From Halocafeteria seosinensis (Eukaryota), in the NCBI GenBank assembly GCA_001687465.1, contig LVLI01000007.1, positions 1 to 64,000 of the forward strand: a stretch of 64,000 bases of DNA, in the 5' to 3' direction. Below are positions 51,136 through 62,690 of this stretch, piece after piece. The notes under the pieces were generated by a model that saw nothing but the letters and a program-made list of their open reading frames with translations, was not told where the DNA came from and did no database searches. The position numbers and the translations under genes are program-made. Within the stretch, counting starts at the first letter, position 1. Each line of letters begins with the position of its first letter.

Positions 51136-51564
51136 TACGTGGTATACCGTACCTCTAGTTGTACTACCAAGGAGTGTGGTGGAAGTGGCAGCAGCAATGG
51201 TTTACAACTGGTACACAGTAGTGTAGTGTAGTGTATGCACTTCCACGGCAATCTTCTCCTTGTGCATTCAATCGAGCCCAATATACTGTACGCATAAAAA
51301 AAAACCATCATGTAACACATGACATGACATGGATGTCTCTATGTGAAGTTGACTTGTGTCCCCTCGGCAGGCTCGAGGCTCGCCCGGTCTGCACCCGCAT
51401 TATATCATATATTTGTGTTGTTCATTCATGGCTCCTGTTGTGTGGGAAAGAAAGGTTTGTTCGGACGGTGTGCAGCCATGTTTCAGGTCTGTTTGGGTGC
51501 CACTCCACCAAGTCCAGGGTAGAGTAGAGTATAGTATAGTATACCGGTAGATAGCTCCAAGAGC

Positions 51565-53046
51565 ATGAGTGCCGCCCGGATGTACAATCTGCAGGAGATC
51601 GAGTGCGATACGGTGGGCGGCGCGACGTGGGATCAGCTACAAAAGTGTGCTTCGCAGTGTCATTTTTGGAGCCTGGATCTCGAATTCAGCGGACTCGGGA
51701 ATGTTAAAAAGCTCAATGTGGAGTACGTGCCGTATATACTCGCTATTGATTGAATGGATTTGGACCGAACCAATCACTGTGGTGCAGAAATGTGGAAGAC
51801 CGGTTCCAAGCCATCAGACAGTTGACTCGACAGTACGCGGTGTTGGAAGTGGGAATTGCGTTTTTCGGCGACTTCCGTGGGGTGTTCGGGGATCATTGGG
51901 ATCGGCATGCGTCCATCTGTTATCGTGTACCATGCTTCAGGAAGGTACGCTCGTGTTTCGTGTGCTGGTGTTTCGTGTGCTGTTGGGATCACAAAGAGAC
52001 ATGTGTAAATGTACCTACGACAGGGCCATTTTACCAGTAACAGCTCGGCCATGTCCTTTTTAGCACGCCAAGGGTTAAACTTGAATAATGTGTTCACCAA
52101 AGGTCTTCCGTATGATGTGACAGCCAACAAGTGGAATCCTCAGCATACACTGGAAACGGTGGAACCGACGCTCACCTATTTGCTAAGACTCGTCGTGAAA
52201 TACGCTTATCCAAAACCACTAATCGTTCACAATGGATGGATTGATCTCATGCATGTGCATAACATTATCGTGGGACCAATACCCTCGAACTCATCAGCAT
52301 GGGTGAATGAAATGGTGGTACGTCTACTCAATGATAGCCCGTGCAAGCTTCTTGCGATAGCATCTTTTGTTTTTATGCCCCACCTTCAGCATTATATACC
52401 AACAGTAGTTGATACAAAATATGTTGCCGCAACTTTATGGTCCTCCGCGGATAGCATATTGGAGAAGTTATACACGTATACTTTGCCAGCTTCGGAAGGA
52501 AGTGTTAACAACATAAAAGGCGGGAGAAGTGGAGATGATACAACTGTCGGAAATTTGAAAAAACGAAGGCGAGACACAACAGAAGGCAACAGAGAAGCAA
52601 CAACGAGTGCCGAGCTCTTCGACGCCATTAAACAGAGCATGCAAGAGGAGAACAGCCAAGTCATGTTGGAAACATTACAGGGACGGCTCGAGGTCGCTGA
52701 GCGAGAAAAGAAACAACCGCGTGTCGATACGTATGTACCGGATGGACAAGGAACTGCTCATTGTGCGTCATTCGATGCGTTTATGACCGGTCGGATATTT
52801 TTGGCTGCGGTCAAGAAGACTGCTGAGTCATCCCAAGCGCAGCCAGGAGCCACAGCAACGAGTGAGGACAAGGAGAAACGGGCCCAGCTTCATCGTATGG
52901 CAAGCATTATATCATGGACAATGGATAAAGAACCGCCGAACGATACTACAGATGTTTCCCCACTTGTTCTATATGGTCTCCTGAACAAACTATATTTAAC
53001 GCATAAAGAGTTGCCACTCCTGCTAGTGAAACGACATTCATTCTAG
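51565..53046 (+). CDS. TOE1: CAF1-family DEDD deadenylase, TOE1/PARN-like, multi-exon
   Basis: SLDLEFSGLG, VEDRFQAI, FLARQGLNLN, LIVHNGWIDLMH, VVDTKYVA and AHCASFDAFMTG; introns 51723-51787, 51945-52023 and probably 52318-52389. Confidence 0.7.
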
Positions 53047-53084
53047 ACTGACATCCCTAAATCAATAAACTAGGCATCTTGGTT

Positions 53085-54964
53085 CTATTCGTCTTCCTCC
53101 TCTTCATTTTCTTCTTTATTCTCTTCATCGCCTTCTCCCTCAGCAGCTGCGGCGGCTGCTTTTTCGGCTTCTTCCTGTTCACGTTGTTGCCGCTTCTCGA
53201 CTGCTTCACGCCCCGAAAGCACCGCATTGACCCAATCAATCAAGAGAGGGAAAATTGGAGAAACCGAGCCAATTGCCTCCTTGTCCACGTTTTCCAACAC
53301 ACTTTTGATATTATCGCTCTTCTGGTAGCTCTTTAACTCAGATGTGTCCACCGAGTTGACATCATATTGTTCCAGTTTCGAAATGAAGTCTTCTTGAAGT
53401 ATCCCTCTGGCAGTCTCCCAGGAAAATTTGAGTTTATCCAATGCATTAGGGTTGCCTAGGGCCGATTTGTCGTATTGTAGTGTGTAAAAGACGCTCTGGA
53501 GAACCTTGAGGGCATCTCCAGATGGGGCAATTCTCGAATTGGAAACGCAGGAAAGGAAATCATATTTTTCATACACTTTGAGTTTAGTAGCTGCCAAGGA
53601 TTGATTAGACAGGGCTTCTATTAATTGTGTTTTATCTTCCGGAGCTTCCTCCTCCAATTCAGCGGTCTTTTCGGCTTTCTTTTCTTCGACAGCGCTTGCC
53701 TCAGTTTCAAGATCTTCATTCAAACCCTCGGGTGGGTTATTAATTTTGTTCTTATGATCATACGCTTTTTTGTACTCTTCCTCATACTTCCTTTGTTCAG
53801 CCCGATTATAAGCATCGCGGAGAAGCCTCGCTAAATGCTTTACATAATCTATCTCATCCTGGCCGAATGACCTATTTTGTCCAACGGCGTCGAAACAGAT
53901 GGCAATGTCTTCCTCAGCCGGTTTCCCAGCGGGTATCTGAAATTCGTTGGAGGATTCTTTTTTTCTTCCTTGTTTATCCTCTTCTCCTTCTTCTTCGTCT
54001 TGTTCCTCATCACCTCCACCTTCTTCGTCTTCTTCCCCTTCTCCCTTGGGCTGTTCGATTGTAATTTCAGGGAGGGCTTCCTCGTGTGTGAGATTGTTGT
54101 ATCTGATAGGAACGGCGGCGAATCCACCCAATTTAGGGATCCCGAAAAATTTTACATTCGGGTCTTGAACAGCGTCTTCGACATTGATTGTCGGCAGTTC
54201 AGGTTCTGGTTTCGGCTCTTTGTCTTTTCCTCCACCCCCCTCATCTTCCTCCGCTTCTTCTTCCTCTTCCTCCTCTTCTTCTTCTTCACCTTCTGCAGCC
54301 TCTGGCATCACCCAAGCTTTAAAAGTTGTTCCTTCCTTTTCTGTGATCCATTTGTCCAGGAGATGCTCATGGCCACTTGTAGCAGCAACGTACCGTAGAC
54401 GATTCTGCGCCCCCTCTTCCTCTTCCTCTTCGCCACCACCACCTTCGGCTTCACCTTGCTCTTCAGACCCTGGGCCGCCTTCTCCTTCTGCCTCAAAAGG
54501 TACATTGGGTTCTTTCTTGGCCACGTACACACCAGTGGCTCCGGTTCGTTTCTGCACCAAGTTGATAACTTTCTCGAGGATCTCGTGATCTACGTTTTCG
54601 CATTGCTCCAATAGGGATTCGATTTCCTTCTGTTCTTCTTGGATTTGTTTGCTTCCATCTTCATGTTCTTGTACTTCTTCTCTCTGTCGTTCCTGTTCCG
54701 CTTCGTAATCGCGTTTTTCTTGCTCATACAATTCCTCTTCCGCGCGAAGCTGTACACATCACAGACATAGGATTAAAACAGCCGAATGTATGAGGAGAGA
54801 AGTGTCGCCATACATACTTGCTCTTCGGCCTCGATGCGATTAGCGTACTGAAGCAGATAATGACCCAAATAATCAACGGGATCCTCTGGACGAGCTGCCA
54901 CCGCGGAGGATAACCCTTCCGTTAACGCTTCTTTGACCGTGTGTTCCAAGAATTGGGCATCCAT
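53085..54964 (-). CDS. DPY-30-domain, GAF-like, acidic flagellar protein (radial spoke RSP2/DYDC-like)
   Basis: Exon 1 LEHTVKEALTEGLSSAVAARPEDPVDYLGHYLLQY is a DPY-30 motif; intron 54817-54750; coiled coil; GAF-like TGATGVYVA...LRYVAA...AAVPI...SFGQDEIDYV interrupted by poly-Glu loops. Confidence 0.7.
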
Positions 54965-55435
54965 TGTACGTTTCGAGGTTCCCCGTTACTTGTGTGTGGA
55001 CACCCTATGAACACCAATAAAACCTGTCAACAGCTTCTGGGAACCAGTTTATGCAGGCCTATGCACGTCGATGTAACAAAGAGTCGGTTGCGACGTGGAG
55101 TGTGTGCGCGCCAAAAAAAATCCAATCGGGCAGGAGACAATTGATTCACTCAGCACCTTCCAACACGCAATTCTAGGTATACAAGATCGTCATCCAATAC
55201 TGCTACCAAGGAAACGACTAAATAGCAGGAGGATTTCCCTATCTTCTGGAGGTGAACCGACGGTGCTCTTCCCACATTGAAGTTATCCGGGCCGAGAGCC
55301 CGGTTTTCGCGGAAGTGTTGATTCCATCCACGACATGACATGTGTAACCTGGGACGTGATGGTGTTCGCGCGGGAGCAAGAGGATGAAACAAAGTGGGGT
55401 ACAATGGTGACAATGGTGGAGGAGCGAAAATTGTT

Positions 55436-56818
55436 ATGGAGGGAGCACCACACGAGCATGAGTACGAGGAAGGGGAGGTGGTGGACCAGTCTGGCGACGT
55501 ATGCCTCGGGCAGCAGAAGCAAATACAGCGGCAGCACTCCGTGAAGGAGAAAGACAACGAGGATCGTACCCACCAGGAACTGACCAAGTACAATCGGGAC
55601 GCCCATGCGCAGCTGGTGACGAGCGCGAGTCCTTCTTTTGCTAGCGGTGCCCATGGGCCACAAAGTGATGAGGAATTAATTGCCGAGTTTTACCGGGTGC
55701 ATGCTTCCCCCACGCGGAATCCTGAAGACCATGCGCGTTGTCTTTTAAGCAAGTACCATGGCCGGATGGAGGAGTTGAAACTTTGTTTAGAACAGCGCTA
55801 TGGCGTGGAACGATGGTTTGACACGTATGAGTACGATTTTAGGTGTCGCTTTTTCAATTCGGCCAGGGCCTTATATGATCCCCATGTTGTGCCACCGCTA
55901 CCGAATGCCCCTCCATTGGATAACTTGGCTAAAACCAAGCTACTGGTAAGAGAAAAATGGTGTTTGTGTTTAGTGCGAAGCCCGTGTAGGGTGTTAGAGG
56001 GAAAGCTCATATCTTCTGCAGCTTCCTGAAGACGACCCCGAGGGACAATCCCGTACTAGCACCGGTAGACTGCGGGCAGAAGGCGTTGAGGAATACAAAC
56101 AGAAGCGCGATCAAGAATGTATGTGGATTTAACATTATGGGGACATACGTGTTCCTGGTATCATCGGTAATTGTGTTTTACAGTGAAAGAGCGACGCAAA
56201 CTGGGGGAACGGTTCATGCAGATGCTAACTCGCGATTTAGGCAAGGGGCCTTTGAAATTACTCAAGAAGGCTATGGACAAGAGGCGGCGTGTAGTCGTCC
56301 AAAACCGAAGAGTGAATGGAGTGCGTGGCCATAGTACCGGGTACCTCAAGGGTTTCGATCGTCACCTCAATATGGTATGCTGGGTGTAGTATATGTGTTT
56401 GCTGAGCTTACAGGACAAGATGAGTCTTGTGCAGATACTGTTGGATGTCGACGAGACTTACTGGAAGTACATCTACGAGTATAAACCTGTTGACGATTCT
56501 ACTATGATTGAACGTTCATCTACCTCTAATATCCCTATAGCTTGCGGAGAAGGAAGCGGGCTTCCTGAAGGATGGAGTCGAAAAAAGAATTCTGAGGGAG
56601 CGATATTCTACCTCAATTCCTTCACAGGGTTCTGTCAATGGAACCCTCCAATCAAAACTACAATAAAAAGGTATGAACGTGTCAGGAAACCTCAGGTAGA
56701 AAGGAGACATATGAATCAGATTCTGCTCCGCGGCGATTGCGTGGTCACTGTTTCACTGGCCACAGGTGAGAAGCAACGCGAACTGAGTGACTTAATGAAG
56801 CTGCGACTGGAAAACTAA
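55436..56818 (+). CDS. LSM11: U7 snRNP Sm-like protein LSM11 homologue with an inserted WW domain, 4 exons
   Basis: Introns 55946-56021, 56119-56183 and 56375-56434. N-terminal DFRCRFFNSARALYD..PLPNAPPLDNL, Sm1 GPLKLL...GVRGHSTGYLKGFDRHLNM.LLDVDETY and Sm2 RHMNQILLRGDCVVTV. Confidence 0.8.
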
Positions 56819-56970
56819 GTGCGGATAAATTAAATTGAACAAGAAAAAAGCTGGTACTAAAGAATGCATGTTAGTGCATTTTGATTGGTCATTACCGATT
56901 ACCTACGGTTCACCTCCACCAACGCAGCTGCTTACTCCACGCCGGAAACGACTTAAACATAAGCAACAGT

Positions 56971-57836
56971 CTATTTGAAGAAGGTAGTTGGTCTTTCCGC
57001 CTTGAATGTAGTTCGGAATTTCTTGTGGGTAGCACGCTGTAATCGGTGGGTAAGCGGGAACTTGATCTTGCTGTCCAAGAACTGCTTAATGTTCTGGCGC
57101 TTGACGGCAGCTGGGGCGACAGGATCGCTCTCTGGATCCCAGTTTTTGAGTGCACGGACACCAGCGGGTACCACACGAGTGTCAACAATTTGAATGGAAC
57201 TGAAACGAGCGCGATGGCGTCCAGCCAAGTCCTGGTACATCTGATCCACGGCGCCGCAAAGAGTTGTGTCGCGGAACTCTTTGTACATATTGTGCGTACC
57301 ACTGCGGCTATTGTAACGGATAGTAATTCCAAAGTTCTTGACAATGTTAGGGTTCTTTTCTCTAATCTCATTTATCCCCAAAATTTCTCCAGTAGAGCGC
57401 TTCAGTTTGTGCATTTGATGCAAGAAGTACCAAAACCGGCTTTTGGCCTGCACCGGGTTCTTCGCAAACAGGCGCATACGGTAAATCTGAGGAGCCGGAT
57501 CAGATTCCGTAGGGAGCTTGCGCCCTACCACATGATAGTAATGCATCTGCATGAAGCAAGTATTGGGCCGTGTTATGTTACTACGATTGAAAAACATATA
57601 ACTAGACAACGCAAACCAGCAATCTTTTCTGCTATCACCCTTCAGCAAAACCACAAAAAACATTGGGGTCGACTGGACCCCCTGACGGAGGGGGCTATGA
57701 GGCCATGGAGACAACAGGGATAGCGCCCTGTGAGTTTGGTGTCGCTATACAACGTAAACACCGCGTCAAAAAGCAGACAACTGCACCCATAACACAGAAA
57801 CAACCCTAATCTACCACGTGGCGTACTTACAGGCAT
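56971..57836 (-). CDS. RPL18A: 60S ribosomal protein L18a (eL20)
   Basis: Exon 1 ATG CCT (57836-57831), intron 57830-57547, exon 2 with [36 protein letters not shown] and RPTTFF. Confidence 0.97.
57573..57724 (-). ncRNA. Candidate intronic H/ACA-type snoRNA
   Basis: Stem gctatccct...agggtgatagc followed directly by AGAAAA (ANANNA), a weaker second hairpin, then ACA, inside the unusually long RPL18A intron. Confidence 0.3.
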
Positions 57837-58496
57837 CTTGACTAGACTCTGTATCGCAGTAATCGAACCAAATGAAGGCGATCTGCAGAAGCAAGAAGGC
57901 AAGAGGCATGATGTTTCTGTACACAGTCTCCAGCGAATACACATATATAATGCACACTGTCACATAAACGAAAATTATTTTCCTTTCGGGTACGTGATCG
58001 GGGGAATGCAATGTAATGCATGGATTACTCAAAAGTACCAAGTAAACGTGCCGTGTCACTCTACCCAAACTCACACCAGCAGCTTTCCCCGACACCTCGA
58101 CATGTAGTGTGTGCACTTACTTGATACAGGAACACTTTTTTTCCTTCTTCCCACAATTATCCTGGTCTCGCGACAAACCGAGTAGTGACCAATCAAGTGG
58201 CAATCTGGCATTGGCAGTGCAATTTGGTGTTTGCACTTTGGAACACAGCAATCTTTTCTGTCACCGTCAGCCCAGGCACAGTGTTGATTGTCATCTATCA
58301 TTTACCGCTTAAGACCCGACTCGGAAAGTTGAAAAAACAATGCGCTTCTTTATTTCCCTTGTTTGAACTGCAATACAGCTAAGATAGACACACTACTGTA
58401 TTTCATCTCAAACGATTTGCTTTTCCTGGACACGGAGGTAGGTGTGCATCACATCCCTCTGTTATTTATTTTTTTCTTGTTTTTCCCCGTTTACTC

Positions 58497-58526
58497 CACA
58501 CACACACACACACGAGAGACCCAGAC

Positions 58527-58587
<61 letters not shown>

Positions 58588-58594
58588 AAGAGAG
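58497..58594. repeat. (CA)n and long (GA)n microsatellite directly upstream of ATG 58597
   Basis: About 8 CA units, then about 27 perfect AG units (58529-58582). Confidence 0.95.
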
Positions 58595-58596
58595 AA

Positions 58597-59541
58597 ATGT
58601 CGTCGATATCATCGTCAACGTCTACTACTGATTCTCTTGCTACTGTGACGACTGTCACTGTCACTGCTACTTGTAGTGCTGCTACTACATCTTCGCTTTC
58701 GTCGACAGCATCGTCATCGTCCACTACTACACCTACTTCCCCTGCTACTGCTACTACACCTTCGCCTCCATCGGCAGCATCGTCGTCGACGACTAGGAGG
58801 GCAGCCGTAAAAAGGACAGCGGATGCAGCGGAAGCTGAGCGTCCGGGGCAAACGTCAAAACATGAAGTTCAATCATCTGCATCTACTGCCCCAGTGACGA
58901 AATGGGACCTGTCATCGTACCCTTCTCTGCTAACTCAAGTAAAAGGTATACTGTCTCAACGCGCAAATTCTTGCACGCAGAGAGCTGCCCAGAATCAAGA
59001 CGAGAAAAGCCAACTCGAAAACAGTGCTAAGTTCTGCAAAGATGCAGAAGGGGAGTTCGATCACTTTATTCTTCCCAAACGGGGGAACAATGTTTCTTCT
59101 GAAGAGTACACGTGTCTGGTTGAGCGCCAGGTAGACAAGTTTCTGAATAGAATTCCCGGGTCGTGTCAGATTTGGGTGCGAACAGCCATAGTTAACGATA
59201 TATCAACATTGATAGTGAACGAGATCGAGGACACTCTAGGTGGTAAGTATCATTGTGGTGCAGACACAAGAGCCTCTTCTTTTTGTTTCTATTATATCGG
59301 CGTATCGTCGGCGTTCACTGCCATGTGGCAAGAAAACAATATTAAGCATGAGAAGGGGTGGAACAGGTGTTCTGATGTAACCAAATTCCGCGGCATTAAT
59401 GATATGCTGTGGCAAGGTGATACGATGGTGCATAAAGGGCAAAAAGTGTACCATGAGAAGTCTTTTCGTCGACTTGACGGTGAACCCTTGTTGCTCTGTT
59501 GTTCCTTCTTTCGTATTGCTCGAAAGTTGAGTAAGGGGTAA
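58597..59541 (+). CDS. Hypothetical protein with Ser/Thr/Ala-rich N-terminus; possibly the first exon of the downstream Crinkler-like gene
   Basis: ATG after the (GA)n tract; open frame to 59541; phase-1 donor a|gtaagg at 59531 is compatible with the downstream phase-1 mini-exons. Confidence 0.55.
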   Translation: MSSISSSTSTTDSLATVTTVTVTATCSAATTSSLSSTASSSSTTTPTSPATATTPSPPSAASSSTTRRAAVKRTADAAEAERPGQTSKHEVQSSASTAPVTKWDLSSYPSLLTQVKGILSQRANSCTQRAAQNQDEKSQLENSAKFCKDAEGEFDHFILPKRGNNVSSEEYTCLVERQVDKFLNRIPGSCQIWVRTAIVNDISTLIVNEIEDTLGGKYHCGADTRASSFCFYYIGVSSAFTAMWQENNIKHEKGWNRCSDVTKFRGINDMLWQGDTMVHKGQKVYHEKSFRRLDGEPLLLCCSFFRIARKLSKG

Positions 59542-59774
59542 AAGGGCTGTACTACACGTAAAGTTGAGAAAGGGGCAAAAGAGCTGTACTACACGTAACC
59601 AAACAAACAGGGAAACTAGAGACACTGGAGATCGTGGTAAAAGTCAATACAAGCAGATATCTCTACGGAAGAAACCATCTTTGTGCTTTGGTTACTTGTC
59701 CGTATTGTTGTGCTGTGGATTTGTCTAGAGGAGAAGACTGCACGACTTCCCTTGTTTTGCTTTTGTGTCTGCAG

Positions 59775-61932
59775 GTGGCGTAGCTCCGAATGCTGGAGGC
59801 GGCACAGGTAAGTAAGCACTGAAAACAAAATTCTGAAATCTCTGCAAGAGGAAGATGCTGCTAGTTCTTGTTTGCAGTCGGTACTTCAAGTTCTATTGAC
59901 GGAGCAGGTAAGTAGTTGTGAGAATCAAGAGCAAAAATCTCTTTGTAAGGAAGATACTGCTGTTGTCGTTTAATGGTTGAATTCGTTACAATACGGTGTT
60001 GAGCCTCTCAAAGACATGCCTTAAACGGAGAAGTGTGGAAACGGAGCTCTTTTGTGGTTGGAATCCTTCACCATCTTATCCCTGGTGTTGTTTGCTTTTT
60101 GTGATTGCAGGAGGCGGCACTCATTTAGGCCCAAATGATCTTTTAGGTAAATAAACAGTTGACGATAAAAAGCAGAAATCTCTTCTGGAAGATGATGCTG
60201 CTGTTGTGGTGTCGTTCCTCGAAATACAAACGCAGGTATCCTCGCCGGTGGTCTCCCCCGAGAACCTATAATAGCCGAAGTTTTGGACACCCTATCTCAG
60301 GAGGCTCAATTGTTTACACGGAAAGATGGCACATGCATGGACCTTCCTCCACATGACTGGGCGAGATCTAAACGGGGACAGAAAGTACATATGAAAACGA
60401 TAGCTCTTTCAGAAAGCGTCGTGCCGGCATTTATTCCTTTCGCCCGGGGACAGAACGTGCTGCTTATCCGCCAAGCAATGACTGAACTTCTGGATGGCTT
60501 CCATGGGTGGATCCAGACTTGTCATAAGTCGAATTCTGTTGATATACCCGGACGTATGTTCCTGACGGGGACTGCTGGAATGGGAAAGTCTGTATTGGTG
60601 TGGCAGCTTATTCAGCGGGTGGTATATGATGGGTATTGTGTCGTGTACTGCACGAAAGATTCTAATGGGAAGGGTGAAGCTTTCGTTATACGAAGGCAGG
60701 AAGCGCAAATATCTGTTCAAATGGTCACAAATACCAGGGACATACCGCGACTAAACAAGCAGTATTTAGGTGAGAAGGTGGTTCAGATTTTGGATGGTCA
60801 TAATTCTACAGATATGCCGGAAATCGCTGCATTCCCTAATGGGTGCATTCTCTACGTTTCGTCTATCAGGGACAGGGTATTTAAAGAGAAGATCAAAGAC
60901 AATCCTTGGGTGTATTTCCTCCCAAAGTTTTCCAAAGAGGAAACAAGGGCTTTCGCAGAACTAAGAAGCCACTATCTGCCTCAGCCAACTGCAGATGAAA
61001 TCATGGGGCGCTATGAAGAAGTAGGTGGCTGCCCAAGATTCTTGTCGCAGCCGAATCGTCTGTATGAGAAAACTTTAAGAGATCAGGAACAGGCTGTAAG
61101 GGCACTCAGGGATGCGTCAATGAATGCAGATGTTTTACAGGATCCAACTGGAGAGGTTGCATCGAGGTTTGTTGTTCACATCGGGGTATACTCAGGTAAA
61201 CATGTGGACATCAATAGGCATCTTCAGAAGTACTTTATGGAGGCTCGAGCGATTGCTTCGGGTCGTGTGAGCCGGTTGATGGTGCTGGATTATAGTCTTC
61301 AAATGCAGAAGCTAGGCTATATGTTGACTACTTTTGACTCATCAGCACGACCTTATTTTTTTGAGACTATGGTCATTCAATTTGTACAAGATGGACCCAG
61401 AATATCGTGGGGGAGAAGTCAGACACAAAAATTACCCGAACTTCGCGCATTGCAGGTGTTAAAAGATGCAATGAAAAGGTCGGCGGTGTTTAAACTTTCC
61501 TCGGAGCAATTTTGTGTTCCATTAGAACGCATGTTTCCTGTTGTTGATGCCTGGTCAGCTCACTGTCTGGTCCAGGTAACGGTGGCTAAGCGACATGCTC
61601 TCGACTGGACGAATCAGATATTTAGGAACGTTTTATCACAAGTGAAGGATGCGAGACGCAGGAACGGCATCGGAGGAAGGATACCTTTTTACTTTTTTGT
61701 CCCTGAGGGTCAAACTTGCAAGACTCTTGAGAAAGGCACCCCCGATCCTGATGTGGCCGTGTACGTCGTCGCATTGTCTAATTTGCCGGATTGGACGACG
61801 ACTGCTTATGAACACGTTGACGCAGAGGTGCAGAATGAGAGCGTCAATGGCTATCAGACAATTGCTGTACCAACCTCGGGAAATGGACTCGGCCTCGTCG
61901 TGCAATTGCCGCCGCTCGGTTTGAGGAGCTAA
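59775..61932 (+). CDS. Crinkler/RHS-like P-loop NTPase plus restriction-endonuclease-fold protein, preceded by mini-exons
   Basis: LTGTAGMGKS (Walker A), QILDG, ILYVSS, YFLPKFSKEE, RYEEVGGCPRFL, FFE, VPLERMFPVVDAW, LVQVTVAKRH and FYFFVP. Acceptor at 60235 is in frame with the ORF; mini-exons 59775-59807, 59878-59907 and 60111-60146. Confidence 0.8.
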
Positions 61933-62419
61933 ATGTTAGACGCCACTCCACATATCACGGGTAAAAAACGAAACAAACGAGGTAGCGAACCTTTCTTTAA
62001 TAAAGTGGATAGTTTATCTATGGATTTTGTACAACAAAATACCCCCTCAATTGTTATTACTTATAAAAATATAGACTAATTATAAAAATTTCTACTTAGA
62101 AACAATATAAATATATAATGTAGGACTCAAATAATGAGTCATAGTGTAATTTAAAAGTTAATTTTGAGTGTAATTTTTAGTGTAATTTTCAAGAAGACGA
62201 GGAAAATGGGTTATGTGGGATACGTCCCTGTATGATTGAGGATAAACCCCTAAGTTTTATTATAGAGGACTAAGCCCTAGATGTATAGGACTACTACCTT
62301 TAGGTAGTAGGTTCCCTGTGGATTTAGGGTTTTACCCCCTGCTATAAAATTTAGAGGATAATCCCCAATTATATTCGGATGTATCGCAAATGCCCCATTT
62401 TCCTCATATTATTCTCTCT

Positions 62420-62690
62420 CCTCAAGTGGAAACGGCAGCAATGGGTAGACGTCGCCAAACGGATATGGAGAAAAGGCCAAATTGTAGATTTGGGTGATTT
62501 ATTTGAGACAGCCTGCCACAGGATGATACCTCAGGAGACAGCTAACCGAGGGCCGATTTCACTAACGATCCAGAAACTACGTAAGTTGAGTAGAAGTTGG
62601 AAGCGGTTAGGAGATATCGCCGCTGTCACTCTGCTAACGGCTTACAAGAATGACTTTGACAAAGTGTCCGAAATTAGCGTGTCAGGTACA
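62420..62690 (+). pseudogene. Possible fragment of a second Crinkler/RHS-like nuclease region
   Basis: LGDLFETACHRMI resembles the GxxFExxxH motif of this family; short and without a clear start. Confidence 0.25.

Noticed and set aside
57046..57723. 225-aa plus-strand ORF
   Set aside because: Antisense to RPL18A; shadow ORF.
58363..58596. N-terminal extension with poly-(RE) in the ORF track
   Set aside because: Translation of the (GA)n microsatellite from a TTG; ATG 58597 is the more plausible start.
59540..60200. Spaced direct repeats considered as a CRISPR-like array
   Set aside because: Repeats are degenerate, irregularly spaced and explained as duplicated introns; eukaryotic context and no cas genes.
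62240..62340. taaaccccta and tttagggtttt resembling telomeric repeats
   Set aside because: Isolated single units, not a tandem array.
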